DNA of 64,000 nt. It comes from Eledone cirrhosa (Eukaryota). The notes under the pieces are model-generated. The model made no database searches. It saw nothing but the letters and a program-made list of their open reading frames with translations, and was not told the DNA's origin. Numbering within the stretch: the stretch's first letter is position 1; each line of letters opens with the position of its first letter. Location: assembly GCA_964016885.1 (NCBI GenBank), contig OZ024740.1, forward strand, positions 440,448,001 to 440,512,000, written 5' to 3'. This document shows, piece by piece, positions 18,001-33,000 of the stretch. Both the position numbers and the translations under genes were made by a program.

Positions 18001-21000
18001 ACGACACCATACTACACTACTTCACCTTTCTCAGTCTCAACTAGTAATGACACCATACTACACTACTTCACGTTTCTCAGTCTCAACTAGTAATGACACC
18101 ATACTACACTTCTTCACCTTTCTCAGTCTCAACTAGTAACGACACCATACTACACTACTTCACCTTTCTCAGTCTCAACGAATAACGACACCATACTACA
18201 CTACTTCACCTTTCTCAGTTTCAACTAGTAATGACACCATACTATACTACTTCACCTATTTCAGTCTCAACTAGTAATGATACCATACTACAATATTTCA
18301 CCTTTCTCAGTCTCAACTAGTAATGACACCATACTACACTACTTTACCTTTCTCAGTCTCAACTAGTAACGACACCATACTACACTACTTCCCCTTTCTC
18401 AGTCTCAACTAGTAACGACACCATACTACACTACTTCACCTTTCTCAGTCTCAACTAATAACGACACCATACTACACTACTTCACCTTTCTCAGTCTCAA
18501 CTAGTAATGACACCATACTACACTACTTCACGTTTCTCAGTCTCAACTAGTAATGACACCATACTACACTTCTTCACCTTTCTCAGTCTCAACTAGTAAC
18601 GACACCATACTTCACTACTTCACCTTTCTCAGTCTCAACTAATAACGACACCATACTACACTACTTCACCTTTCTCAGTCTCAACTAGTAATGACACCAT
18701 ACTACACTACTTCACGTTTCTCAGTCTCAACTAGTAATGACACCATACTAGACTTCTTCACCTTTCTCAGTCTCAACTAGTAACGACACCATACTACACT
18801 ACTTCACCTTTCTCAGTCTCAACGAATAACGACACCATACTACACTACTTCACCTTTCTCAGTCTCAACTAGTAACGACACCATACTACACTACTTCACC
18901 TGTCTCAGTCTCAACTAGTAATGACACCATACTACACTACTTCACCTATTTCAGTCTCAACTAGTAATGATACCATACTACAATATTTCACCTTTCTCAG
19001 TCTCAACTAGTAATGACACCATACTACACTACTTTACCTTTCTCAGTCTCAACTAGTAACGACACCATACTACACTACTTCACCTTTCTCAGTCTCAACT
19101 AGTAACGACACCATACTACACTACTTCACCTTTCTCAGTCTCAACTAGTAACGACACCATACTACACTAGTTCACCTTTCTAAGTCTCAACTAGTAATGA
19201 CACCATACTACATTATTTCCCCTTTTTCAGTCTCAACTAGTAACAACACCATACTACACTACTTCACCTTTCTCACTCTCAACTAGTAACGACACCATAC
19301 TACACTACTTCACCTTTCTCAGTCTCAACTAGTAACGACACCATACTACACTACTTCACCTTTCTCAGTCTCAAATAATAACGACACTATACTACACTAC
19401 TTCACCTTTCTCAGTCTCAACTTGTAACGACACCATACTACACTACTTCACCTTTCTCAGTCTCAACTGGTAATGACACCATACTACACTACTTCACCTA
19501 TTTCAGTCTCAACTAGTAATGACACCATACTACACTACTTCACCTTTCTCAGTCTCAACTAGTAACAATACCATACTACAATACTTTACCTTTCTCAGTC
19601 TGAACTAGTAACGACCACATACTACACTACTTCACCTTTCTCAGTCTCAACTAGTAATGACACCATACTACACTACTTCACCTTTCTCAGTCTCAACTAG
19701 TAATGACACCATACTATACTATTTAACCTTTCTCAGTCTCAAATAATAACGACACCATACTACACTACTTCACCTTTCTCAGTCTCAAATAATAACGACA
19801 CTATACTACACTAATTCACCTTTCTCAGTCTCAACTAGTAATGACACCATACTACACTACTTCACCTTTCTCAGCCTCAACTAGTAACGACACCATACTA
19901 CACTACTTCACCTTTCTCAGTCTCAACTAGTAATGACACCATACTACACTACTTCACATTTCTCAGTCTCAACTAGTAATGACACCATACTACACTACTT
20001 CACCTTTCTCAGCCTCAACTAGTAACGACACCATACTACACTACTTTACCTTTCTCAGTCTCAACTAGTAATGACACCATACTACACTACTTCACCTATT
20101 TCAGTCTCAACTAGTAACGACACCATACTACACTACTTCACCTTTCTCAGTCTCAACTAGTAATGACACCATACTACACTACTTCACCTTTCACAGTCTA
20201 AACTAGTAACGACACGATACTACACTACTTCACCTTTCTCAGTGTCAACTAGTAATGACACCATACTACACTACTTCACCTGTCTCAATCTCAACTAGTA
20301 ACGACACCATACTACACTACTTCACCTGTCTCAGTCTCAACAAGTAACGACACCATACTACACTACTTCACCTTTCTCAGTCTCAACTAGTAACGACACC
20401 ATAATACACTACTTCACCTTTCTCAGTCTCAACTAGTAACGACACCATACTACACTACTTCACCTTTCTCAGTCTCAACTAATAACGACACCATACTACA
20501 CTAATTCACCTTTCTCAGTCTCAACTAGTAATGACACCATACTACACTACTTCACGTTTCTCAGTCTCAACTAGTAATGACACCATACTACACTTCTTCA
20601 CCTTTCTCAGTCTCAACTAGTAACGACACCATACTACACTACTTCACCTTTATCAGTCTCAACTAATAACGACACCATACTACACTACTTCACCTTTCTC
20701 AGTCTCAACGAATAACGACACCATACTACACTACTTCACCTTTCTCAGTCTCAACTAGTAATGACACCATACTACACTACTTCACCTTTCTCAGTCTCAA
20801 CTAGTAATGACACCATACTACATTATTTCCCCTTTTTCAGTCTCAACTAGTAACAACACCATACTACACTACTTCACCTTTCTCACTCTCAACTAGTAAC
20901 GACACCATACTACACTACTTCACCTTTCTCAGTCTCAACTAGTAACAACACCATACTACACTACTTCACCTTTCTCACTCTCAACTAGTAACGACACCAT

Positions 21001-24000
21001 ACTACACTACTTCACCTTTCACAGTCTCAACTAATAACGGCACCATACTACACTACTTCACCTTTCTAAGGCTCAACTAGTAACGACACCATACTACACT
21101 ACTTCACCTTTCTCAGTCTCAACTAGTAACGACACCATACTACACTACTTCACCTTTCTCAGTCTCAACTAGTAACGACACCATACTACACTACTTCACC
21201 TTTCTCACTCTCAACTAGTAACGACACCATACAACACTACTTCATCTTTCTCAGTCTCAACTAGTAACGACACCATACTACACTACTTCACCTTTCTCAG
21301 GCTCAACTAGTAACGACACCATAAAACACTACTTCATCTTTCTCAGTCTCAACTAGTAACGACACCATACTACACTACTTCACCTTTCTCAGGCTCAGCT
21401 AGTAACGACACCATACTACACTACTTCACCTAACTCAGTCTCAACTAGTAATGATACCATACTACACTACTTCACCATTCTCAGTCTCAACTAGTAACGA
21501 CACCATACTACACTACTTCACATTTCACAGTCTCAACTAGTAATGACACCATACTACACTACTTCACCATTCTCAGTCTCAACTAGTAACGACACCATAC
21601 TACACTACTTCACCTTTCTCAGTTTCAAATATTAACGACACCATACTACACTACTTCACCTTTCTCCGTCTCAACTAGTAACGACACCATACTACACTAT
21701 TTCACCTTTCTCAGTCTCAACTAGTAACGACACCATACAACACTACTTCACCTTTCTCAGGCTCAACTAGTAACTACACCATACAACACTACTTCATCTT
21801 TCTCAGTCTCAACTAGTAACGACACCATACTACACTATTTCACCTTTCTCAGGCTCAACTAGTAACGACACCATACTACACTAGTTCACCTCTCTCAGTC
21901 TCAACTAGTAATGATACCATACTACACTACTTCACATTTCACAGTCTCAATTAGTAATGACACCATACTACACTACTTCACCATTCTCAGTCTCAACCAG
22001 TAACGACACCATACTACACTACTTCACCTAACTCAGTCTCAACTAGTAACGACACCATACTACACTACTTCACCTTTCTCAGTCTCAAATAATAACGACA
22101 CCATACTACACTACTTCACCTTTCTCAGTCTTAACTAATAACGACACTATACTACACTACTTCACCTTTTTCAGTCTCAACTGGTAACGACACCATACTA
22201 CACTACTTCACCTATTTCAGTCTCAACTAGTAATGACACCATACTACACTACTTCACCTTTTTCAGTCTCAACTAGTAACAATACCATACTAAAATACTT
22301 TACCTTTCTCAGTCTGAACTAGTAACGACCACATACTACACTACATCACCTTCCTCGGACTCAATCAAGTAATGACACCATACTACACTATTTCCCTTTT
22401 TGCAGTCTCAACTAGTAACGACACCATACTACACTACTTCACCTTTCTCAGTCTCAACTAGTAATGAGACCATACTACACTACTTCACCTTTCTCAGTCT
22501 CAACTAGTTACGACACCATACTACACTACTTCACCTTTCTCAGTCTCAACTAGTAATCATACCATACTACACTACTTCACTTTTCTCAGTCTCAACTGGT
22601 TACGACACCATACTACACTACTTCACCTTTTACAGTCTAAACTAGTAACGACACCATATTACACTACTTCACCTTTCTCAGTCTCAACTAGTAACGACAC
22701 CATACTACACTACTTCACCTTTCTCAGTCTCAACAAGTAATGATACCATACTACACTACTTCACCTATCCCAGTCTCAATTAGTAACGACACCATACTAC
22801 ACTACTTCACCTTTCTCAGTATCAACTAGTAATGACACCATACTACACTACTTCACCTTTCTCAGTCTCAACTAGTAATGACACCATACTACACTACTTC
22901 ACCTTTCTCACTCTCAACTAGTAATGATACCATACTACACTACTTCACATTTCACAGTCTCAACTAGTAATGACACCATACTACACTACTTCACCATTCT
23001 CAGTCTCAACTAGTAACGACACCATACTACACTACTTCACCTTTCTCAGTCTCAAATAATAACGACACCATACTACACTACTACACATTTCTCAGGCTCA
23101 AATAATAACGACACCATACTACACAACTTCACCTTTCTCAGTCTCAACTAGTAACGACACCATACTACACTACTTCAGCTATCTCAGTCTCAACTAGTAA
23201 TGATACCATACTTAACTACTTCACAATTCACAGTCTCAACTAGTAATGACACCATACTACACTACTTCACCATTCTCAGACTCAACTAGTAACGACACCA
23301 TACTACACTACTTCACCTTTCTCAGTCTCAACTAGTAACGACACCATACTACACTACTTCACCTTTCTCAGTCTCAATTGGTAATGACACCATACTACAC
23401 TACTTCACCTATCTCAGTCTCACATAGTAACGACACCAAACTACACTATTTCACCTTTCTCAGTCTCAACTAGTAACGACACCAAACTACACTACTTCAC
23501 CTTTCTCAGTCTGAACTAGTAACGACCACATACTACCCTACATCACCTTTCTCAGTCTCAACTAGTAAAGTCACCATACTACACTACTTCACCTTTCTCA
23601 GTCTCAACTAGTAATGACACCATACTACACAACTTCACCTTTCTCAGTCTCAACTAGTAACGACACCATACTACACTACTTCAGCTATCTCAGTCTCAAC
23701 TAGTAATGATACCATACTTAACTACTTCACAATTCACAGTCTCAACTAGTAATGACACCATACTACACTACTTCACCTTTCCCAGTCTCAACTAGTAACG
23801 ACACCATAATACACTACTTCACCTTTCTCAGTCTCAACTAGTAACGACACCATACTACACTACTTCACCTTTCTCAGTCTCAACTAGTAACGACACCATA
23901 CTACACTACTTCACCTTTCCCAGTCTCAACTAGTAACGACACCATAATACACTACTTCACCTTTCTCAGTCTCAACTAGTAACGACCACATACTACACTA

Positions 24001-27000
24001 CATCACCTTTCTCAGTCTCAACTAGTAACGACACCATACTACACTATTTCACCTTTCTCAGTCTCAACTAGTAACGACACCATACTACACTACTTCACCT
24101 TTCTCAGTCTCAACTAGTAATGACACCATACTACACTACTTCACCTTTCTCAATCTCAACTAGTAATGTCTCCATACTACACTACTTCACCTTTCCCAGT
24201 CTCAACTAGTAACGACTCCATACTACACTATTTCAGCTTTCTCAGTCTCAACTAGTAACGGCACCATACTACACTACTTCACCTTTCTCACTCTCAACTA
24301 ATAACGACACCATACTACACTACTTCACCTTTCTCAGTCTCAACTAGTAACGACACCATACTACACTATTTCACCTTTCTCAGTCTCAACTAGTAACAAC
24401 ACCATACTACACTACTTCACCTTTCTCAGTCTCAACTAGTAACGACACCATACTACACTACTTCACCTTTCTCAGTCTCAACTAGTAACGACACCATACT
24501 ACACTACTTCACCTTTCTCAGTCTCAACTATTAACGACACCATACTACACTACTTCACCTTTCTCAGGCTCAACTAGTAACGACACCATACTACACTACT
24601 TCACCTAACTCAGTCTCAACTAGTAATGATACCATACTACACTACTTCACCATTCTCAGTCTCAACTAGTAACGACACCATACTACACTACTTCACATTT
24701 CACAGTCTCAACTAGTAATGACACCATACTACACTACTTCACCATTCTCAGTCTCAACTAGTAACGACACCATACTACACTACTTCACCTTTCTCAGTTT
24801 CAAATATTAACGACACCATACTACACTACTTCACCTTTCTCCGTCTCAACTAGTAACGACACCATACTACACTATTTCACCTTTCTCAGTCTCAACTATT
24901 AACGACACCATACAACACTACTTCACCTTTCTCAGGCTCAACTAGTAACTACACCATACAACACTACTTCATCTTTCTCAGTCTCAACTAGTAACGACAC
25001 CATACTACACTATTTCACCTTTCTCAGGCTCAACTAGTAACGACACCATACTACACTAGTTCACCTCTCTCAGTCTCAACTAGTAATGATACCATACTAC
25101 ACTACTTCACATTTCACAGTCTCAATTAGTAATGACACCATACTACACTACTTCACCATTCTCAGTCTCAACCAGTAACGACACCATACTACACTACTTC
25201 ACCTAACTCAGTCTCAACTAGTAACGACACCATACTACACTACTTCACCTTTCTCAGTCTCAAATAATAACGACACCATACTACACTACTTCACCTTTCT
25301 CAGTCTTAAATAATAACGACACTATACTACACTACTTCACCTTTCTCAGTCTCAACTGGTAACGACACCATACTACACTACTTCACCTATTTCAGTCTCA
25401 ACTAGTAATGACACCATACTACACTACTTCACCTTTCTCAGTCTCAACTAGTAACAATACCATACTACAATACTTTACCTTTCTCAGTCTGAACTAGTAA
25501 CGACCACATACTACACTACATCACCTTCCTCGGTCTCAACTAGTAATGACACCATACTACACTGTTTCCCCTTTTGCAGTCTCAACTAGTAACGACACCA
25601 TACTACACTACTTCACCTTTCTCAGTCTCAACTAGTAATGACACCATACTACACTACTTCACCTTTCTCAGTCTCAACTAGTTACGACACCATACTACAC
25701 TACTTCACCTTTCTCAGTCTCAACTAGTAATCATACCATACTACACTACTTCACTTTTCTCAGTCTCAACTAGTTACGACACCATACTACACTACTTCAA
25801 CTTTTACAGTCTAAACTAGTAACGACACCATATTACACTACTTCACCTTTCTCAGTCTCAACTAGTAACAATACCATACTACAATACTTTACCTTTCTCA
25901 GTCTGAACTAGTAACGACCACATACTACACTACATCACCTTCCTCGGTCTCAACTAGTAATGACACCATACTACACTATTTCCCCTTTTGCAGTCTCAAC
26001 TAGTAACGACACCATACTACACTACTTCACCTTTCTCAGTCTCAACAAGTAATGATACCATACTACACTACTTCACCTATCCCAGTCTCAATTAGTAACG
26101 ACACCATACTACACTACTTCACCTTTCTCAGTATCAACTAGTAATGACACCATACTACACTACTTCACCTTTCTCAGTCTCAACTAGTAATGACACCATA
26201 CTACACTACTTCACCTTTCTCACTCTCAACTAGTAATGATACCATACTACACTACTTCACATTTCACAGTCTCAACTAGTAATGACACCATACTACACTA
26301 CTTCACCATTCTCAGTCTCAACTAGTAACGACACCATACTACACTACTTCACCTTTCTCAGTCTCAAATAATAACGACACCATACTACACTACTACACAT
26401 TTCTCAGGCTCAAATAATAACGACACCATACTACACTACTTCACCTTTCTCAGTCTCAACTAGTAACGACACCATACTACACTACTTCACCTATCTCAGT
26501 CTCAACTAGTAATGATACCATACTTAACTACTTCACAATTCACAGTCTCAACTAGTAATGACACCATACTACACTTTTTCACCATTCTCAGACTCAACTA
26601 GTAACGACACCATACTACACTACTTCACCTTTCTCAGTCTCAACTAGTAACGACACCATACTACACTACTTCACCTTTCTCAGTCTCAATTAGTAATGAC
26701 ACCATACTACACTACTTCACCTATCTCAGTCTCACATAGTAACGACACCAAACTACACTATTTCACCTTTCTCAGTCTCAACTAGTAACGACACCAAACT
26801 ACACTACTTCACCTTTCTCAGTCTGAACTAGTAACGACCACATACTACCCTACATCACCTTTCTCAGTCTCAACTAGTAAAGTCACCATACTACACTACT
26901 TCACCTTTCCCAGTCTCAACTAGTAACGACACCATAATACACTACTTCACCTTTCTCAGTCTCAACTAGTAACGACACCATACTACACTACTTCACCTTT

Positions 27001-30000
27001 CTCAGTCTCAACTAGTAACGACACCATACTACACTACTTCACCTTTCCCAGTCTCAACTAGTAACGACACCATAATACACTACTTCACCTTTCTCAGTCT
27101 CAACTAGTAACGACCACATACTACACTACATCACCTTTCTCAGTCTCAACTAGTAACGACACCATACTACACTATTTCACCTTTCTCAGTCTCAACTAGT
27201 AACGACACCATACTACACTACTTCACCTTTCTCAGTCTCAACTAGTAATGACACCATACTACACTACTTCACCTTTCTCAGTCTCAACTAGTAATGTCTC
27301 CATACTACACTACTTCACCTTTCCCAGTCGCAACTAGTAACGACACCATACTACACTATTTCACCTTTCTCAGTCTCAACTAGTAACGGCACCATACTAC
27401 ACTACTTCACCTTTCTCACTCTCAACTAATAACGACACCATACTACACTACTTCACCTTTCTCAGTCTCAACTAGTAACGACACCATACTACACTATTTC
27501 ACCTTTCTCAGTCTCAACTAGTAACGACACCATACTACACTACTTCACCTTTCTCAGTCTCAACTAGTAACGACACCATACTACACTACTTCACCTTTCT
27601 CAGTCTCAACTAGTAACGACACCATACTACACTACTTCGCCTTTCTCAGTCTCAACTAGTAACGGCACCATACTACACTACTTCACCTTTCTCACTCTCA
27701 ACTAGTAACGGCACCATACTACACTACTTCACCTTTCTCAGTCTCAACTAGTAACCACACCATACTACACTACTTCACCTTTCTCAGTCTCAACTAGTAA
27801 CGACACCATACTACACTACTTCACCTTTCTCACTCTCAACTAGTAACGACACCATACTACACTACTTCACCTTTCTCACTCTCAACTAGTAACGACACCA
27901 TACTACACTACTTCACCTTTCTCAGTCTCAACTGGTAATGACACCATACTAAACTACTTCACCTTTCTCACTCTCAACTAATAACGACACCATACTACAC
28001 TACTTCACCTTTCTCAGGCTAAACTAGTAACGGCACCATACAACACTACTTCACCTTTCTCACTCTCAACTAGTAATGACACCATACTACACTACTTCAC
28101 CTTTCTCAGTCTCAACTAGTAACGACACCATACTACACTACTTCACCTTTCTCACTCTCAACTAGTAACGACACCATACTACACTACTTCACCTTTCTCA
28201 CTCTCAACTAGTAACGGCACCATACTACACTACTTCACCTTTCTCAGGCTCAACTAATAACGACACCATACAACACTACTTCACCTTTCACAGTCTCAAC
28301 TAGTAACGGCACCATACTACACTACTTCACCTTTCTCAGGCTCAACTAGTAACGACACCATACAACACTACTTCACCTTTCTCAGGCTCAACTAGTAACG
28401 ACACCATACAACACTACTTCACCTTTCTCAGTCTCAACTACTAACGACACCATACTACACTACTTCACCTTTCTCAGTCTCAACTAGTAACGACACCATA
28501 CTACACTACTTCACCTTTCTCAGTCTCAACTAGTAACGACACCATACTACACTACTTCACCTTTCTCAGTCTCAATTAGTAATGACACCATACTACACTA
28601 CTTCACCTATCTCAGTCTCACATAGTAACGACACCAAACTACACTATTTCACCTTTCTCAGTCTCAACTAGTAACGACACCAAACTACACTACTTCACCT
28701 TTCTCAGTCTGAACTAGTAACGACCACATACTACCCTACATCACCTTTCTCAGTCTCAACTAGTAAAGTCACCATACTACACTACTTCACCTTTCCCAGT
28801 CTCAACTAGTAACGACACCATAATACACTACTTCACCTTTCTCAGTCTCAACTAGTAACGACACCATACTACACTACTTCACCTTTCTCAGTCTCAACTA
28901 GTAACGACACCATACTACACTACTTCACCTTTCCCAGTCTCAACTAGTAACGACACCATAATACACTACTTCACCTTTCTCAGTCTCAACTAGTAACGAC
29001 CACATACTACACTACATCACCTTTCTCAGTCTCAACTAGTAACGACACCATACTACACTATTTCACCTTTCTCAGTCTCAACTAGTAACGACACCATACT
29101 ACACTACTTCACCTTTCTCAGTCTCAACTAGTAATGACACCATACTACACTACTTCACCTTTCTCAGTCTCAACTAGTAATGTCTCCATACTACACTACT
29201 TCACCTTTCCCAGTCTCAACTAGTAACGACACCATACTACACTATTTCACCTTTCTCAGTCTCAACTAGTAACGGCACCATACTACACTACTTCACCTTT
29301 CTCACTCTCAACTAATAACGACACCATACTACACTACTTCACCTTTCTCAGTCTCAACTAGTAACGACACCATACTACACTATTTCACCTTTCTCAGTCT
29401 CAACTAGTAACGACACCATACTACACTACTTCACCTTTCTCAGTCTCAACTAGTAACGACACCATACTACACTACTTCACCTTTCTCAGTCTCAACTAGT
29501 AACGACACCATACTACACTACTTCACCTTTCTCAGTCTCAACTAGTAACGGCACCATACTACACTACTTCACCTTTCTCACTCTCAACTAGTAACGGCAC
29601 CATACTACACTACTTCACCTTTCTCAGTCTCAACTAGTAACCACACCATACTACACTACTTCACCTTTCTCAGTCTCAACTAGTAACGACACCATACTAC
29701 ACTACTTCACCTTTCTCACTCTCAACTAGTAACGACACCATACTACACTACTTCACCTTTCTCACTCTCAACTAGTAACGACACCATACTACACTACTTC
29801 ACCTTTCTCAGTCTCAACTGGTAATGACACCATACTAAACTACTTCACCTTTCTCACTCTCAACTAATAACGACACCATACTACACTACTTCACCTTTCT
29901 CAGCCTAAACTAGTAACGGCACCATACAACACTACTTCACCTTTCTCACTCTCAACTAGTAATGACACCATACTACACTACTTCACCTTTCTCAGTCTCA

Positions 30001-33000
30001 ACTAGTAACGACACCATACTACACTACTTCACCTTTCTCACTCTCAACTAGTAACGACACCATACTACACTACTTCACCTTTCTCACTCTCAACTAGTAA
30101 CGGCACCATACTACACTACTTCACCTTTCTCAGGCTCAACTAATAACGACACCATACAACACTACTTCACCTTTCACAGTCTCAACTAGTAACGGCACCA
30201 TACTACACTACTTCACCTTTCTCAGGCTCAACTAGTAACGACACCATACAACACTACTTCACCTTTCTCAGGCTCAACTAGTAACGACACCATACAACAC
30301 TACTTCACCTTTCTCAGTCTCAACTACTAACGACACCATACTACACTACTTCACCTTTCTCAGTCTCAACTAGTAACGACACCATACTACACAACTTCAC
30401 CTATCTCAGTCTCAACTAGTAATGATACCATACTACACTACTTCACCTTTCACAGTCTCAACTAGTAATGACACCATACTACACTACTTCACCTATCTCA
30501 GTCTCAACTAGTAATGATACCATACTACACTACTTCACCTTTCACAGTCTCAACTAGTAATGACACCATACTACACTACTTCACCTTTCACAGTCTCAAC
30601 TAGTAACGACACCATACTACACTACTTCACCATTCTCAGTCTCAACTAGTTACGACACCATACTACACTACTTCACCTTTTTCAGTCTCAACTAATAACG
30701 ACACCATACTACACTACTTCACCTTTTTCAGTCTCAACTAGTAACGACACCATACTACACTACTTCACCTTTCTCAGTCTCAACTAATAACGACACCATA
30801 CTACACTACTTCACCTTTCTCAGTCTCAACTAGTAACGACACCATACTACACTACTTCACCTTTCTCAGTCTCAACTAGTAACGACACCATACTACACTA
30901 CTTCACCTTTCTCAGTCTCAACTAGTAACGACACCATACTACACTACTTCACCTTTCTCAGTCTCAACTAGTAATGACACCATACTACACTACTTCACCT
31001 TTCTCAGTCTCAACTAGTAACGACACCATACTACACTATTTCACCTTTCTCAGTCTCAACTAGTAATGTCACCATACTACACTACTTCACCTTTCCCAGT
31101 CTCAACTAGTAACGACACCATACTACACTATTTCACCTTTCTCAGTCTCAACTAGTAACGACACCATACTACACTACTTCACCTTTCTCAGTCTTAACTA
31201 GTTACGACACCATACTACACTACTTCACCTTTCACAGTCTCAAACTAGTAATGACACCATACTACACTACTTCACCTTTCTCAGTCTCAACTAGTAACGA
31301 CACCATACTACACTATTTCACCTTTCTCAGTCTCAACTAGTAACGACACCATACTACACTACTTCACCTTTCTCAGTCTGAACTAGTTACGACACCATAC
31401 TACACTACTTCACCTTTCACACTCTCAAACTAGTAATGACACCATACTACACTACTTCACCTTTCTCAGTCTCAACTAGTAACGACACCATACTACACTA
31501 CTTTACCTTTCTCAGTCTCAACTAGTAACGACACCATACTACACAACTTCACCTTTCTCAGTCTCAACTAGTAACGGCACCATACTACACTACTTCACCT
31601 TTCTCACTCTCAACTAATAACGACACCATACTACACTACTTCACCTTTCTCAGTCTCAACTAGTAACGACACCATACTATACTACTTCACCTTTCTCAGG
31701 CTCAACTAGTAACGACACCATACTATACTACTTCACCTTTCTCAGGCTCAACTAGTAACGGCACCATACTACACTACTTCACCTTTCTCACTCTCAACTA
31801 GTAACGACACCATACTACACTACTTCACCTTTCTCAGTCTCAACTAGTAACGACACCATACTACACTACTTCACCTTTCTCACTCTCAACTAGTAACGAC
31901 ACCATACTATACTACTTCACCTTTCTCAGGCTCAACTAGTAATGACACCATACTACACTACTTCACCTTTCTCAGTCTCAACTAGTAACGACACCATACT
32001 ACACTACTTCACCTTTCTCACTCTCAACTAGTAACGACACCATACTACACTACTTCACCTTTCTCACTCTCAACTAGTAACGGCACCATACTACACTACT
32101 TCACCTTTCTCAGGCTCAACTAATAACGACACCATACAACACTACTTCACCTTTCACAGTCTCAACTAGTAACGGCACCATACTACACTACTTCACCTTT
32201 CTCAGGCTCAACTAGTAACGACACCATACAACACTACTTCACCTTTCTCAGGCTCAACTAGTAACGACACCATACAACACTACTTCACCTTTCTCAGTCT
32301 CAACTACTAACGACACCATACTACACTACTTCACCTTTCTCAGTCTCAACTAGTAACGACACCATACTACACAACTTCACCTATCTCAGTCTCAACTAGT
32401 AATGATACCATACTACACTACTTCACCTTTCACAGTCTCAACTAGTAATGACACCATACTACACTACTTCACCTATCTCAGTCTCAACTAGTAATGATAC
32501 CATACTACACTACTTCACCTTTCACAGTCTCAACTAGTAATGACACCATACTACACTACTTCACCTTTCACAGTCTCAACTAGTAACGACACCATACTAC
32601 ACTACTTCACCATTCTCAGTCTCAACTAGTTACGACACCATACTACACTACTTCACCTTTTTCAGTCTCAACTAATAACGACACCATACTACACTACTTC
32701 ACCTTTTTCAGTCTCAACTAGTAACGACACCATACTACACTACTTCACCTTTCTCAGTCTCAACTAATAACGACACCATACTACACTACTTCACCTTTCT
32801 CAGTCTCAACTAGTAACGACACCATACTACACTACTTCACCTTTCTCAGTCTCAACTAGTAACGACACCATACTACACTACTTCACCTTTCTCAGTCTCA
32901 ACTAGTAACGACACCATACTACACTACTTCACCTTTCTCAGTCTCAACTAGTAATGACACCATACTACACTACTTCACCTTTCTCAGTCTCAACTAGTAA

